Below, piece by piece: positions 1 to 8,485 of a stretch of DNA of 64,000 nt. Below the pieces are notes generated by a model. That model did no database searches and was not told the origin of the DNA. It was given only the letters and a program-made list of their open reading frames with translations. Positions within the stretch are counted from its first letter, which is position 1. Every line of letters starts with the position of its first letter. A program made the translations under genes and the position numbers. Origin of the DNA: an uncultured Clostridia bacterium (GTDB taxonomy: Bacteria; Bacillota; Clostridia; Christensenellales; UBA1242); contig CALWPG010000003.1 of assembly GCA_944383375.1 (NCBI GenBank), positions 339-64,338 of the forward strand, written 5' to 3'.

Positions 1-1461
1 TGCAACATTGGTCTGATCAACTTGAGTCGTGCTTTGAGGTGGGATAAACTGAACGGTATTTTCTGGCAAAGTTATGCCTTCCGTCACCTCTTCGATTCCT
101 TCGATAATTATGCCCTCTTGTGCTTGATAGGTTTCATCACGAATAAGAACGCTTTCCACCAGTGTGTCCCCGATGTATCTATCCATATATCCCTTTGCCC
201 TGTAACCTTCACGAGGGTATTTCAGGCGAAGGTATTCACCTTTGTAGGTCACTTTGTTTTTATAGTCACCATTTGTATCTGGAACAATTCTGTCACCAGG
301 GTGAGGTATTGCTCCCAAAAATTCAACACGACGTTCAAGTCTTTCGCCCTCTGCGAATGGCTTGCCATACACCTCAACGTAGACGTTATCGTTGTCTGAG
401 TATGTCTTTATATACATACTTTTATCTGTTGTGTTTTTAAATCTTAAATCACTGTAGCCTTCGCTGACCATGGCATCAAAAGCCAACCAAACATATGACG
501 ATGGCAAGGTGTGTTTGTTGACTTCCAAAATCTCAACATCTGCAAGCAGTAATGCGTTGTATAGAGTTGTTGAAGACTGACAAACTCCACCGCCCGTACC
601 CTCAACATAAACGCCGTTTAAAATTATGTTGGCTTTTTTGTATCCATTTTCAGACGTTCTTGAACCCGTCGTTTCATTAAATGACACCTCTTGATCAGGC
701 AATATTTCCATTCCGTTGAAAGCTTCCAAAGCATGCCTTACATTATGTTTTCTATCTTCTTTTGAAGTTTTATAGGACGTTGAGAAAGTTGATCTTTTGA
801 CAACAGTGTTTTGAATATCTTCAAGTTTCACTTGTGGCTCTACCTGTTGGGTTGGAACATCCAATTCCACCTCGCTTGAGTCCATCAACGCCTCATCTAT
901 ATTTTGTTTTAAGCTTTCTGTGTCAACCTTAACGCCAAAGACTTCTTCATTATATTCAACAGGATTTTGTTTGGATGCATCAAAGGAAACAAAGGCATCT
1001 TGTGCTGGCGTGTCTATTTCGCTCACCACCTCATCTATTTTTGCATTTAAGCCCGTGAAGACGTCCGTATAGGAGATTTCAAAACTTTTATTTCCATTTA
1101 GTTTTTCAATTTTGTTTTTCTTTTGAAACAGGTTTCCAGAGTTGAAATATTCAAAAACATTTTCAACATAAGGCACGATATGGTTATCTATTTCAAAGTC
1201 AGAGCCTGAAAATGTCCATGTTTTATCTTGATACACAAGTGTTATTTTTATGTCTCCTCTCATTGTGTCCAAATGAGTTTGAACAACATTTGTCGCCTGC
1301 TCCTTGTCAAGTCCTGACACATCTATTCCGTTTATTGTTGTTCCATCTTGAAATTTGTTGTCCATGAACAAAACATCTTTGAACACGAAAAATCCGTAAC
1401 CTAGCACCCCTACTGCCACAACAAATATTACACTCACCAAAATAAAAATCTTACTTTTCAT
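1..1461 (-). CDS. VanW/YoaR-like cell-wall associated protein with N-terminal membrane anchor; C-terminus lies beyond the left window edge (partial)
   Basis: Not in the ORF track because there is no stop in the window. Hand translation of the minus strand from ATG 1461-1459 stays open for 487 codons to nt 1 (MKSKIFILVSVIFVVAVGVLGYGFF...). VanW-type core GTGGGVCQSSTTLYNALLLADVEILEVNKH at about 600-510. Confidence 0.85.
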   Translation of the reverse strand, partial: MKSKIFILVSVIFVVAVGVLGYGFFVFKDVLFMDNKFQDGTTINGIDVSGLDKEQATNVVQTHLDTMRGDIKITLVYQDKTWTFSGSDFEIDNHIVPYVENVFEYFNSGNLFQKKNKIEKLNGNKSFEISYTDVFTGLNAKIDEVVSEIDTPAQDAFVSFDASKQNPVEYNEEVFGVKVDTESLKQNIDEALMDSSEVELDVPTQQVEPQVKLEDIQNTVVKRSTFSTSYKTSKEDRKHNVRHALEAFNGMEILPDQEVSFNETTGSRTSENGYKKANIILNGVYVEGTGGGVCQSSTTLYNALLLADVEILEVNKHTLPSSYVWLAFDAMVSEGYSDLRFKNTTDKSMYIKTYSDNDNVYVEVYGKPFAEGERLERRVEFLGAIPHPGDRIVPDTNGDYKNKVTYKGEYLRLKYPREGYRAKGYMDRYIGDTLVESVLIRDETYQAQEGIIIEGIEEVTEGITLPENTVQFIPPQSTTQVDQTNVA

Positions 1462-1510
1462 AGTTTTTCCTTTTTTTCTTTATTATTTGTACTTAAAAAA
1501 AATATATTCA

Positions 1511-1540
1511 TTGTCAAGTGCTTGCAAAAAACTATATAAT
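1511..1540 (+). promoter_or_regulatory. Candidate sigma-A promoter of the metK leader (TTGTCA-18 nt-TATAAT)
   Basis: TTGTCA at 1511-1516 and TATAAT at 1535-1540, just upstream of the riboswitch. Confidence 0.5.
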
Positions 1541-1554
1541 GAATTAGAATAAAA

Positions 1555-1680
1555 TAGCCATAGAGAGTGTGCGAGGGACAGCCCCTGTGACCACACAGCA
1601 ACCCAAAGTTTTATGGGTGCTAAAGGCTGAACGATGGTGAAAATATTTAAAGGCCTCCATCGTTATGGTGGATTTTTTTA
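1555..1680 (+). promoter_or_regulatory. SAM-I superfamily (S-box) riboswitch with intrinsic terminator, controlling metK
   Basis: Conserved core read by eye: CCAT-AGAGAG-TGTGCGAGGGAC-AGCCCC-TGTGA-CCACACA-GCAACC-...-GGGTGCTAA-...-GAACGATGG. Terminator TCCATC-GTTAT-GGTGGA plus T7 at 1656-1679. GAACGATGG (1629-1637) can instead pair with CCATCGTT (1657-1664) as antiterminator. Confidence 0.8.
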
Positions 1681-1698
1681 TATAAGGAGTATGTATAT

Positions 1699-2790
1699 AT
1701 GGAACAAATATTAACAAGTGAAAGCGTAAACATTGGCCATCCAGACAAAACCTGTGATTATATTGCAGATTGTTTTTTGGATGAAGCGCTTTCTCAAGAC
1801 AAAAATAGCCAAATGGCAGTGGAGTGTGCGATAAAGTCCAATCACCTATTCATTTACGGCGAGGCAACCACTTCGGCAAAAATCAATTACAGTAAAATCG
1901 CTCGCGACGCACTGAAAAAGATAGGTTATAAACAAAAATTTAAGATTACCAAAGTTATCACCAAACAAAGTCCCGACATAACAAATGCAGTTCAAAAAAA
2001 GAAATTGTGTGCAAATGATCAAGGAGTTGTCTTTGGCTATGCCACTGACGAAAGCGCTTCCTTTTTGCCACTTACCATAGAAATTGCCAACAAAATCATG
2101 AGGGTGTATGATGATTTTAGACAGACAAATCCTATATTTTTCCCCGATGCAAAAAGTCAAGTTTGGATAAAATATGTAGATGGTCAACCAAAAAACATAA
2201 CCACTTTACTTATAAGTGTTTCACATGATGAAAAGTTGCCATTTGAAGAACTTCAAAAAATCATCAAAGAAAAAGCCGTATCCTTGATACTAAATCAGTA
2301 TTCAAAATATGTCGACGACAACACCAAGATACTCATCAACCCAAGTGGAAAGTTTACTGTTTGGGGTAGTTATGGCGACAGCGGATGTGTTGGAAGAAAA
2401 ATTGTTGTTGACGGCTATGGTTCAATCGCCCATGTTGGTGGTGGTTGCTTTTCATCAAAAAATGCAACCAAAGTGGACAGATCAGGTGCATACTATGCCC
2501 GATATGTTGCCAAAAATTTGGTTGCAAACAAGCTTTGCAAAAAATGTGAGATTTCTGCTTCCTATGCCATAGGTATTGAAAATGCTATAGCCCTAAATAT
2601 TGATTGTTTTGGCACTAACACCATTTCTATGGAGGAAATTTATGACATTGTCAATAAAAATTTTAATTTCAGTGTTCAAAATATTATTGACGAACTGGAT
2701 TTAAACAGATCAATTTACAAACAAACAGCTTGTTTTGGCCATTTTTCAGACCCAACCTTCCCTTGGGAGAAGATAATTATCTTGAAATAA
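1699..2790 (+). CDS. metK: S-adenosylmethionine synthetase
   Basis: N-terminal SESVNIGHPDKTCDYIAD motif, GGGCFSSKNATKVDRSGAY, RBS AAGGAG upstream and an S-box leader. Confidence 0.93.
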   Translation: MEQILTSESVNIGHPDKTCDYIADCFLDEALSQDKNSQMAVECAIKSNHLFIYGEATTSAKINYSKIARDALKKIGYKQKFKITKVITKQSPDITNAVQKKKLCANDQGVVFGYATDESASFLPLTIEIANKIMRVYDDFRQTNPIFFPDAKSQVWIKYVDGQPKNITTLLISVSHDEKLPFEELQKIIKEKAVSLILNQYSKYVDDNTKILINPSGKFTVWGSYGDSGCVGRKIVVDGYGSIAHVGGGCFSSKNATKVDRSGAYYARYVAKNLVANKLCKKCEISASYAIGIENAIALNIDCFGTNTISMEEIYDIVNKNFNFSVQNIIDELDLNRSIYKQTACFGHFSDPTFPWEKIIILK

Positions 2791-2805
2791 TGACAAAAGA
2801 AAAAT

Positions 2806-2933
2806 GTCATTTCGAGCGATAGCGAGAAATCTCAAGCGCTTCGCACTTCGGAATGACATTAATGGTATGTGTCATGTCGAACGAAGTGAGACATCTAAGA
2901 GATTCCTCGTGGCATAGCTGCTCGGAATGACAC
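2806..2933. repeat. Two head-to-head pairs of the dispersed GTCATTYCGAGCG-N3-GCGAGRAATCTC repeat unit
   Basis: Forward units at 2806-2833 and 2871-2898; reverse units at 2834-2857 and 2899-2933. The 29-mer 2805-2833 recurs exactly, reverse-complemented, at 53210-53238 and 53435-53463. Confidence 0.85.
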
Positions 2934-2942
2934 ATAATGATG

Positions 2943-3635
2943 TTATGCGTTGGCTTTTAATTTTTCATAATTGACTCTGTTTAACAAATATGTTGCCATC
3001 TCTTTAACTGTAGGTGGCTTTTTGGTTTTTGAAATATCATAAAACAATTGTTTGTCCTCGCAGTTCTCAAATGCACGAAGAATGGAAAACCTTATCGCCC
3101 TTTCAACACTGCTTGTGTTGGTATCATATTTTTGTGCCAATAGCGGGAAGATAGCGACGCATTTACTTGTCCTAATCCTTGATCTAAACTGTTCGTAAAC
3201 CAGATCTGCAAGATATTTAGCGCCGATCAATTTTGCTCTAAAAGATAACTTGTCAAGTTCATAATTGATAACTTCATAACAAAGCATCTTATCTTGCTCA
3301 ATCTCCTTTTGCGTTTCAATATTGTCCTTTTTGATTTTTTCTATAGTCTTGTCCACATTTCCCGTCACGATAATGTTTTTGCTTAAAGCTTTGTAATCCT
3401 CATTCATATAATACACCTTTTTCACTCTCGAAATTTCCTCCAATTGTTCATTATTTATATCTGCGTCCTTGTCAATGACGATGAAGCACGATCTTGCACC
3501 CTCAAGTATGTACATAAGTTGGTCCATCGATTCACATTCAAAAAAATACATGTCAGTTTTTGTACAAAAGTCACCCAGTTTTTTATAATTTTCCCCCTTA
3601 TCTTTATAGCAATAGATGACCGAGCTGTCCTTCAT
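2943..3635 (-). CDS. Spo0A C-terminal-domain DNA-binding regulator with a degenerate receiver-like N-terminus
   Basis: C-terminal IGAKYLADLVYEQ...FPLLAQKYDTNTSSVERAIRFSILRAFE...TKKPPTVKEMATYLLNRV matches the Spo0A_C pattern (..[29 protein letters not shown]). Start moved to ATG 3635 (RBS GGAG 3647-3644, 8-nt spacing) instead of the TTG at 3659 in the track. Confidence 0.8.
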   Translation of the reverse strand: MKDSSVIYCYKDKGENYKKLGDFCTKTDMYFFECESMDQLMYILEGARSCFIVIDKDADINNEQLEEISRVKKVYYMNEDYKALSKNIIVTGNVDKTIEKIKKDNIETQKEIEQDKMLCYEVINYELDKLSFRAKLIGAKYLADLVYEQFRSRIRTSKCVAIFPLLAQKYDTNTSSVERAIRFSILRAFENCEDKQLFYDISKTKKPPTVKEMATYLLNRVNYEKLKANA

Positions 3636-3651
3636 TCCTACTTCTCCTTTT

Positions 3652-3658
3652 TTCGACA
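3652..3658 (-). promoter_or_regulatory. Consensus 0A box (TGTCGAA on minus strand) in the 5' UTR of the Spo0A_C gene
   Basis: Plus strand reads TTCGACA, 17 nt upstream of ATG 3635. A single 7-mer could occur by chance. Confidence 0.35.
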
Positions 3659-3822
3659 AATAATAACATATTTTTTGTCATAGGTCAACAAAAATTTAAA
3701 AGTTTTTTAATTTTTTACAAAAAATTTTCTTTTTGTAAAAATGTCTCGTTACTATTGTTTTTCGTATTTTTAGTGTGTATAATATTACATAATTTGCCAT
3801 AGTTTGACAGTTTTTTGCATCT

Positions 3823-3839
3823 TTCGACAAATTTCGACA
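3823..3839 (-). promoter_or_regulatory. Two consensus 0A boxes phased exactly 10 bp apart, upstream of the Spo0A_C gene
   Basis: cTTTCGACAaaTTTCGACAc: TTCGACA at 3823-3829 and 3833-3839 (TGTCGAA on the gene strand), in the divergent region shared with the XRE gene. Confidence 0.5.
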
Positions 3840-3900
3840 CCAAAATAATTGTAGCTTATTTTCCTTTTACTGTCAACTTGCATGTTTATACTCGGGGCAT

Positions 3901-4098
3901 ATGGAATTTGGTCACAACTTTAGACACTATAGAATGCATTGCAATTTGACCCAAAGACAAGTGGCCAAAATTTTAGGCATAGCACAAACAAACATTTCAA
4001 ATTGGGAGAATAATCACACGCGACCAGAATATGAACATCTTGTTAGGTTAGCTCGCATCTATGATGTTTCAATTGATAAGCTTTTGGGAATTGTCTAA
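3901..4098 (+). CDS. XRE-family helix-turn-helix transcriptional regulator (65 aa)
   Basis: LTQRQVAKILGIAQTNISNWENNHTRP is the HTH_3 pattern. Confidence 0.8.
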   Translation: MEFGHNFRHYRMHCNLTQRQVAKILGIAQTNISNWENNHTRPEYEHLVRLARIYDVSIDKLLGIV

Positions 4099-4409
4099 TT
4101 ATTATTTTTTTTGTCTTCTATTTGGGCTTTAAACTTTTTCATTTTTTTATCAAGTATCCCATCTATGTCATAGTCTTTGAAAAAGTATTTCATCTGCTCA
4201 ATACACATACTCACATCGGCAATCTCTTCAACGAGATTGTCTATTATTTTTTTATCATCCTTATATTCACCATGCAAAACTTTCCTCTTATACTTATTAA
4301 TTGCAACAATAAGCTCTGCCATTTCTTCCACACATTGGTCATACTGAGCAACCACGCCCCAAAGCTTGGTTGCCTCATCATACACCTTTAATCTCTCTTC
4401 ATATGTCAT
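4095..4409 (-). CDS. MazG-like all-alpha nucleotide pyrophosphohydrolase (small)
   Basis: EEMAEL ... EEIADV acidic motif pair (EExxE / ExxD) in a 104-aa helical protein. Overlaps the XRE gene 3' end by 4 nt, convergent. Confidence 0.6.
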   Translation of the reverse strand: MTYEERLKVYDEATKLWGVVAQYDQCVEEMAELIVAINKYKRKVLHGEYKDDKKIIDNLVEEIADVSMCIEQMKYFFKDYDIDGILDKKMKKFKAQIEDKKNNN

Positions 4410-4621
4410 ATATTATATCTCCTAATACATAAAGTACATACACTTTACCAAAAAAGAAGAAATAACACAACTTTTTGCTTGTTAAAAAATTGTTGTTCCC
4501 TTTTTATAACCTCTTTGCCAAACAATTAAAGGAGTGCGCAAATTTGCCAAAAAAATATTAATTTTTTTACTGAAAATCGTTTGTGTTTTTATTTTCTGGT
4601 ATGCTATGATTTTGATAAGTT

Positions 4622-4668
4622 TTCCAATATATTGTGTATAAAAATTCAAAAACCACAATATATTGTAA
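4622..4668 (+). promoter_or_regulatory. Tandem NrdR boxes upstream of nrdD
   Basis: ttCCAATATATTGTGT (4622-4637) and cCACAATATATTGTaa (4653-4668) against consensus acaCwAtATaTwGtgt. Centre-to-centre distance is 31 bp. Confidence 0.75.
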
Positions 4669-4690
4669 TTACAAAAGGAGAATTCAATAT

Positions 4691-6811
4691 ATGGTACAAG
4701 TTATTAAAAAAGATGGAAGTTTGGAAGATTATGACATCAACAAGGTTATAAAAGCGGTTTCAAAAAGTGCCGAACGTGTGCTTTACACCTTTACTGACGA
4801 CGATCTCAAAAAACTTTGTGACAGGGTCAATTACAATGTAAAAAAACTTGGAGTGGACAAGGTTCCTATTCTTTCCATGCACTCAATTGTGGAAGAAGCT
4901 CTTGAGACATATTTTCCAAAAGTTGCAAAAAGTTACAAGGACTATAGAGACTACAAGCAGGACTTTGTGGCAATGCTTGATGATGTCTACAAAAAAAGTC
5001 AATCAATAATGTATATTGGAGACAAAGAAAACGCAAACTGTGACTCCACACTTGTATCAACAAAGCGAAGTTTGATATTCAACCAGTTGAATAAAGAACT
5101 ATACAAAAAGTTTTTCCTAAATAGTGAGGAAATTCAAGCAATAAATGACGGTTACATATACATTCACGACATGTCGGCACGTCGGGACACCATGAACTGC
5201 TGTCTTTTCAATGTTGAAGAGGTTTTAACCGGTGGTTTTGAAATGGGAAATGTTTGGTACAATGAACCAAAGACGCTTGATGTGGCATTTGATGTCATTG
5301 GAGATATTGTCCTCTCGGCAGCAAGTCAGCAGTATGGTGGATTTACCATTCCAGAGTGTGACAAACTACTCGTCAAATATGCAAAAAAATCCTATGATAA
5401 ATGGTATAACAAATACAAAGACTTGGGTCTTAGTGACGATGTCTGCCACTCGGAAGCAATGAAAGATGTTCAGTATGAATTCAAACAAGGTTTCCAGGGC
5501 TGGGAATACAAATTTAACACCGTGGCATCATCAAGAGGAGATTATCCTTTCATCGCAACGACCTGCGGACTTGCCACAGACGAATTTGGCAAAATGGCAG
5601 CAAAAACACTCCTTGAAGTTAGGAAAAATGGTCAAGGAAAAGCTGAGTGCAAAAAACCTGTCCTCTTCCCTAAGATTATATTCCTATATGATAAAAATCT
5701 GCATGCTGAGGGCAAACCTTGTCACGATGTATTCCTTGCTGGAATTGAATGTTCTTCAAAAACCATGTATCCAGATTGGCTTAGTCTTACTGGCGAAGGC
5801 TATGTTGCAAGCATGTATAAAAAATATGGTCTCCCAATAAGCCCAATGGGCTGTCGTGCATTTTTGTCACCTTGGTATGAGCGTGGCGGAATGGAGCCGG
5901 CTGATGAAAATGACAAACCTGTGTTTGTTGGAAGGTTCAATGTTGGCGCAATAAGTTTGCATTTGCCTATGATCTTGGCAAAGGCAAGAAAAGAAAACAG
6001 AGACTTTTATGAGGTATTGGATTATTATCTTGAGATGATAAGAAAACTCCACAAAAGGACATATGAATATTTGGGAGAGATGAGGGCTTCCGTCAATCCT
6101 CTTGCCTACTGTGAAGGTGGATTTTATGGCGGACACTTAAAGTACAATGAAAAGATTAAACCTTTGCTTAAAAGTGCAACCTCCTCTTTTGGCATAACGG
6201 CACTGAATGAGCTTCAAATGCTTTACAACCACAAGTCTCTAAAAGAAGACGGCGAATTTGCGCTTGAAGTTATGAGATATATAAACGACAAAGTTGCACA
6301 GTTTAAAAAGGAGGACGGAAATCTTTACGCAATATATGGCACTCCTGCAGAAAATTTGTGTGGTCTTCAAATACAGCAGTTTAGAAGACTTTATGGCATA
6401 GTTGAAGGAGTTTCAGACAAGCCATATGTTTCAAACAGTTTCCACTGCCATGTAACTGAAGATATTTCACCTATTGAAAAACAGGACAAAGAAAATAGAT
6501 TTTGGAATTTATTCAATGGTGGAAAAATTCAATATGTAAGATACCCTATCGACTACAATAAACAGGCATTTGAAACTCTTGTAGAGCGCGCTATGGATAT
6601 GGGCTTTTATGAAGGTGTGAATTTATCACTTTCATACTGTGATGATTGTGGACACTCTGAACTAGATATGGATGTTTGTCCAAAATGCGGAAGCAGAAAT
6701 TTGACTAAGATTGATAGAATGAATGGTTACCTTGCCTACTCGCGCGTTAAAGGTGATTCAAGGCTTAATGATGCTAAGATGGCAGAAATAAAAGATAGAC
6801 GGAGTATGTAA
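4691..6811 (+). CDS. nrdD: Anaerobic ribonucleoside-triphosphate reductase (class III) with N-terminal ATP-cone
   Basis: ATP-cone MVQVIKKDGSLEDYD, C-terminal Zn ribbon CDDCGH..CPKCGS and glycyl-radical region RMNGYLAYSR. Start moved to ATG 4691 (RBS AAAGGAG); the track start at 4634 lies inside the NrdR box. Confidence 0.93.
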   Translation: MVQVIKKDGSLEDYDINKVIKAVSKSAERVLYTFTDDDLKKLCDRVNYNVKKLGVDKVPILSMHSIVEEALETYFPKVAKSYKDYRDYKQDFVAMLDDVYKKSQSIMYIGDKENANCDSTLVSTKRSLIFNQLNKELYKKFFLNSEEIQAINDGYIYIHDMSARRDTMNCCLFNVEEVLTGGFEMGNVWYNEPKTLDVAFDVIGDIVLSAASQQYGGFTIPECDKLLVKYAKKSYDKWYNKYKDLGLSDDVCHSEAMKDVQYEFKQGFQGWEYKFNTVASSRGDYPFIATTCGLATDEFGKMAAKTLLEVRKNGQGKAECKKPVLFPKIIFLYDKNLHAEGKPCHDVFLAGIECSSKTMYPDWLSLTGEGYVASMYKKYGLPISPMGCRAFLSPWYERGGMEPADENDKPVFVGRFNVGAISLHLPMILAKARKENRDFYEVLDYYLEMIRKLHKRTYEYLGEMRASVNPLAYCEGGFYGGHLKYNEKIKPLLKSATSSFGITALNELQMLYNHKSLKEDGEFALEVMRYINDKVAQFKKEDGNLYAIYGTPAENLCGLQIQQFRRLYGIVEGVSDKPYVSNSFHCHVTEDISPIEKQDKENRFWNLFNGGKIQYVRYPIDYNKQAFETLVERAMDMGFYEGVNLSLSYCDDCGHSELDMDVCPKCGSRNLTKIDRMNGYLAYSRVKGDSRLNDAKMAEIKDRRSM

Positions 6812-7309
6812 ATGAATTATCATAATATTACAAAAGACGATATGTTAAATGGAGACGGCCTTCGAGTTGTCCTTTGGGTGGCTGGTTGTTCGCACCACTG
6901 CAAAGGTTGTCATAATCCTGAAACTTGGGCTCCTGATAGCGGCATACCATTTGATGATGATGCAAAACAGGAGATTTTTGATGAACTAGAAAAAAGCTAT
7001 GTCAGTGGAATAACTTTTTCTGGTGGTGATCCACTATTTAAAGGAAATATTGACACTATAACCTCTTTGGCCAAAGAAATTAGGCAAAAATATCCACAAA
7101 AAACAATTTGGCTCTACACCGGTTACAACTTTGAAGATATAAAAGACCTTGAAATACTAAAATATGTAGATGTCTTGTGTGACGGCAAGTTTGTTCTAGA
7201 AAAACGCGATACCCAAGCTCACTGGGTGGGCTCGACCAACCAAAGGGTGATTGATGTGCAAAAATCACTAAAATCTGGCAACGTCGTATTACACAAAAAA
7301 AGCGAATAG
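6812..7309 (+). CDS. nrdG: Anaerobic ribonucleotide reductase activating protein (radical SAM)
   Basis: CSHHCKGCHN cluster; ATG abuts the nrdD stop. Confidence 0.9.
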   Translation: MNYHNITKDDMLNGDGLRVVLWVAGCSHHCKGCHNPETWAPDSGIPFDDDAKQEIFDELEKSYVSGITFSGGDPLFKGNIDTITSLAKEIRQKYPQKTIWLYTGYNFEDIKDLEILKYVDVLCDGKFVLEKRDTQAHWVGSTNQRVIDVQKSLKSGNVVLHKKSE

Positions 7310-7367
7310 GAAACATGCATCGGGTTCTTTAAAAAGTATTTCCTGAGGGTACATATTAAAAAAAAAA

Positions 7368-7394
7368 GACCTTTAAAAGTAAGGCCTTTTTTTT
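7368..7394 (+). terminator. Weak intrinsic terminator after nrdG
   Basis: GACCTTT-loop-AAGGCC followed by T8, with one mismatch in the stem. Confidence 0.45.
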
Positions 7395-7444
7395 GACAAA
7401 AATTGCACACAATACTAAAATAAAAGAGTACAAAGGGAGAAATT

Positions 7445-8443
7445 ATGAATTTATTACTTATTGACTGGGATGCTATTGGACAAGAGGCACTCAATATCTT
7501 AAAAACAGTTGGCATAAACATTCTTCAAGTGCTGGGTGTTTTTATTTTAGGTTATATCCTCATAAAACTTGTAATGAAGGTATTAAAAAAGATATTTGCA
7601 AAAACAAAGATGCCTTCAGTCACTTCAAAATTTTTATTGACTTTGATTAAGTTTTCGCTATATCTGTTACTACTCATCGCAATATGTCAAATTATTGGAA
7701 TACCAATCACTGGATTTGTCGCCGTCATATCTGCAGCAGGATTAGCACTTTCTCTTGCAATGCAGGACAGTCTTTCAAACCTAGCCAATGGCGTTGTCAT
7801 CATAAGTACTCGCCCTTTTAACGAAGGCGACTACATCAAAATTGAAGATGTTGAGGGTACGGTTAGAGAAATCAAGATGCTCCACACCATAATTGACACT
7901 TCGGACAACAAGACGATAAGCATACCAAACAGCATTGTTGTTGGAAGTGAGTTGATAAACTTCAGCCACAACCCAACACGTAAAGTATCTTTCAACTTCA
8001 AGGTGGATTACTCCACTGATGTCGACAAGGCAAAAGAGATAATTTTTAGCGTCATGAAAAGTTGTAATAAAGCACTTTTGGATCCAGAACCTTTTTGTGC
8101 TCTGGATGCGCTTGGCGAAAGCAGTATAACAATTTATGCAAACTGTTGGTGTTATAAGGATGATTATTATGACGTTTACTACTTTGTTATGGAAAATGTA
8201 TTCAATGAATTCAAACGAAATGGCATAATCATGCCATACAATCAGCTTGAAGTAAGGCTTAGAAATGACAAAGTCAAACTACCTATAAATGAAACTCCTT
8301 TAAAAGAAAGAGATGAGGAAATCGCCGTCAAACCTCCTCAAAAGGAAGAGGATTTGGATTCCTTTGAAAAGTTTGTGAAAAACTACAAAGTTAAGAAAAA
8401 AGAAAAATCACGCAAAAAGAAAAACAAAAAGCAGTCTGTTTGA
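7445..8443 (+). CDS. mscS: MscS-family mechanosensitive channel
   Basis: LSNLANGVVIISTRPFNEGDYIKIEDVEGTVREIKMLHTII.. is the MscS beta-domain pattern; three N-terminal TM helices. Confidence 0.85.
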   Translation: MNLLLIDWDAIGQEALNILKTVGINILQVLGVFILGYILIKLVMKVLKKIFAKTKMPSVTSKFLLTLIKFSLYLLLLIAICQIIGIPITGFVAVISAAGLALSLAMQDSLSNLANGVVIISTRPFNEGDYIKIEDVEGTVREIKMLHTIIDTSDNKTISIPNSIVVGSELINFSHNPTRKVSFNFKVDYSTDVDKAKEIIFSVMKSCNKALLDPEPFCALDALGESSITIYANCWCYKDDYYDVYYFVMENVFNEFKRNGIIMPYNQLEVRLRNDKVKLPINETPLKERDEEIAVKPPQKEEDLDSFEKFVKNYKVKKKEKSRKKKNKKQSV

Positions 8444-8468
8444 CTTTTTGGTTATTGTGATATATAAT
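8440..8468 (+). promoter_or_regulatory. Near-consensus sigma-A promoter of dnaA (TTGACT-17-TATAAT)
   Basis: TTGACT at 8440-8445 (overlaps the mscS stop), TATAAT at 8463-8468, RBS GGAGA at 8476-8480, ATG at 8486. No DnaA boxes in this 42-bp spacer. Confidence 0.6.
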
Positions 8469-8485
8469 GATCTTCGGAGAACAAA

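Noticed and set aside
22-440. Plus-strand ORFs 22-399 and 162-440 from the track
   Set aside because: They lie antisense to a 487-codon open minus-strand frame with a clear VanW motif. They have low-complexity, Cys/His/Phe-rich composition and no RBS, so they are shadow ORFs.
3636-4409. Prophage remnant or toxin-antitoxin reading of the XRE plus MazG-like pair
   Set aside because: No integrase, structural, toxin-like or att-like features are nearby. The two genes are convergent, so they are not an operon.
4514-4551. Direct repeat TTTGCCAAA x2 (29 bp apart) upstream of nrdD
   Set aside because: These are short A/T-rich 9-mers with no known regulator consensus. The chance level cannot be excluded without a genome-wide count.
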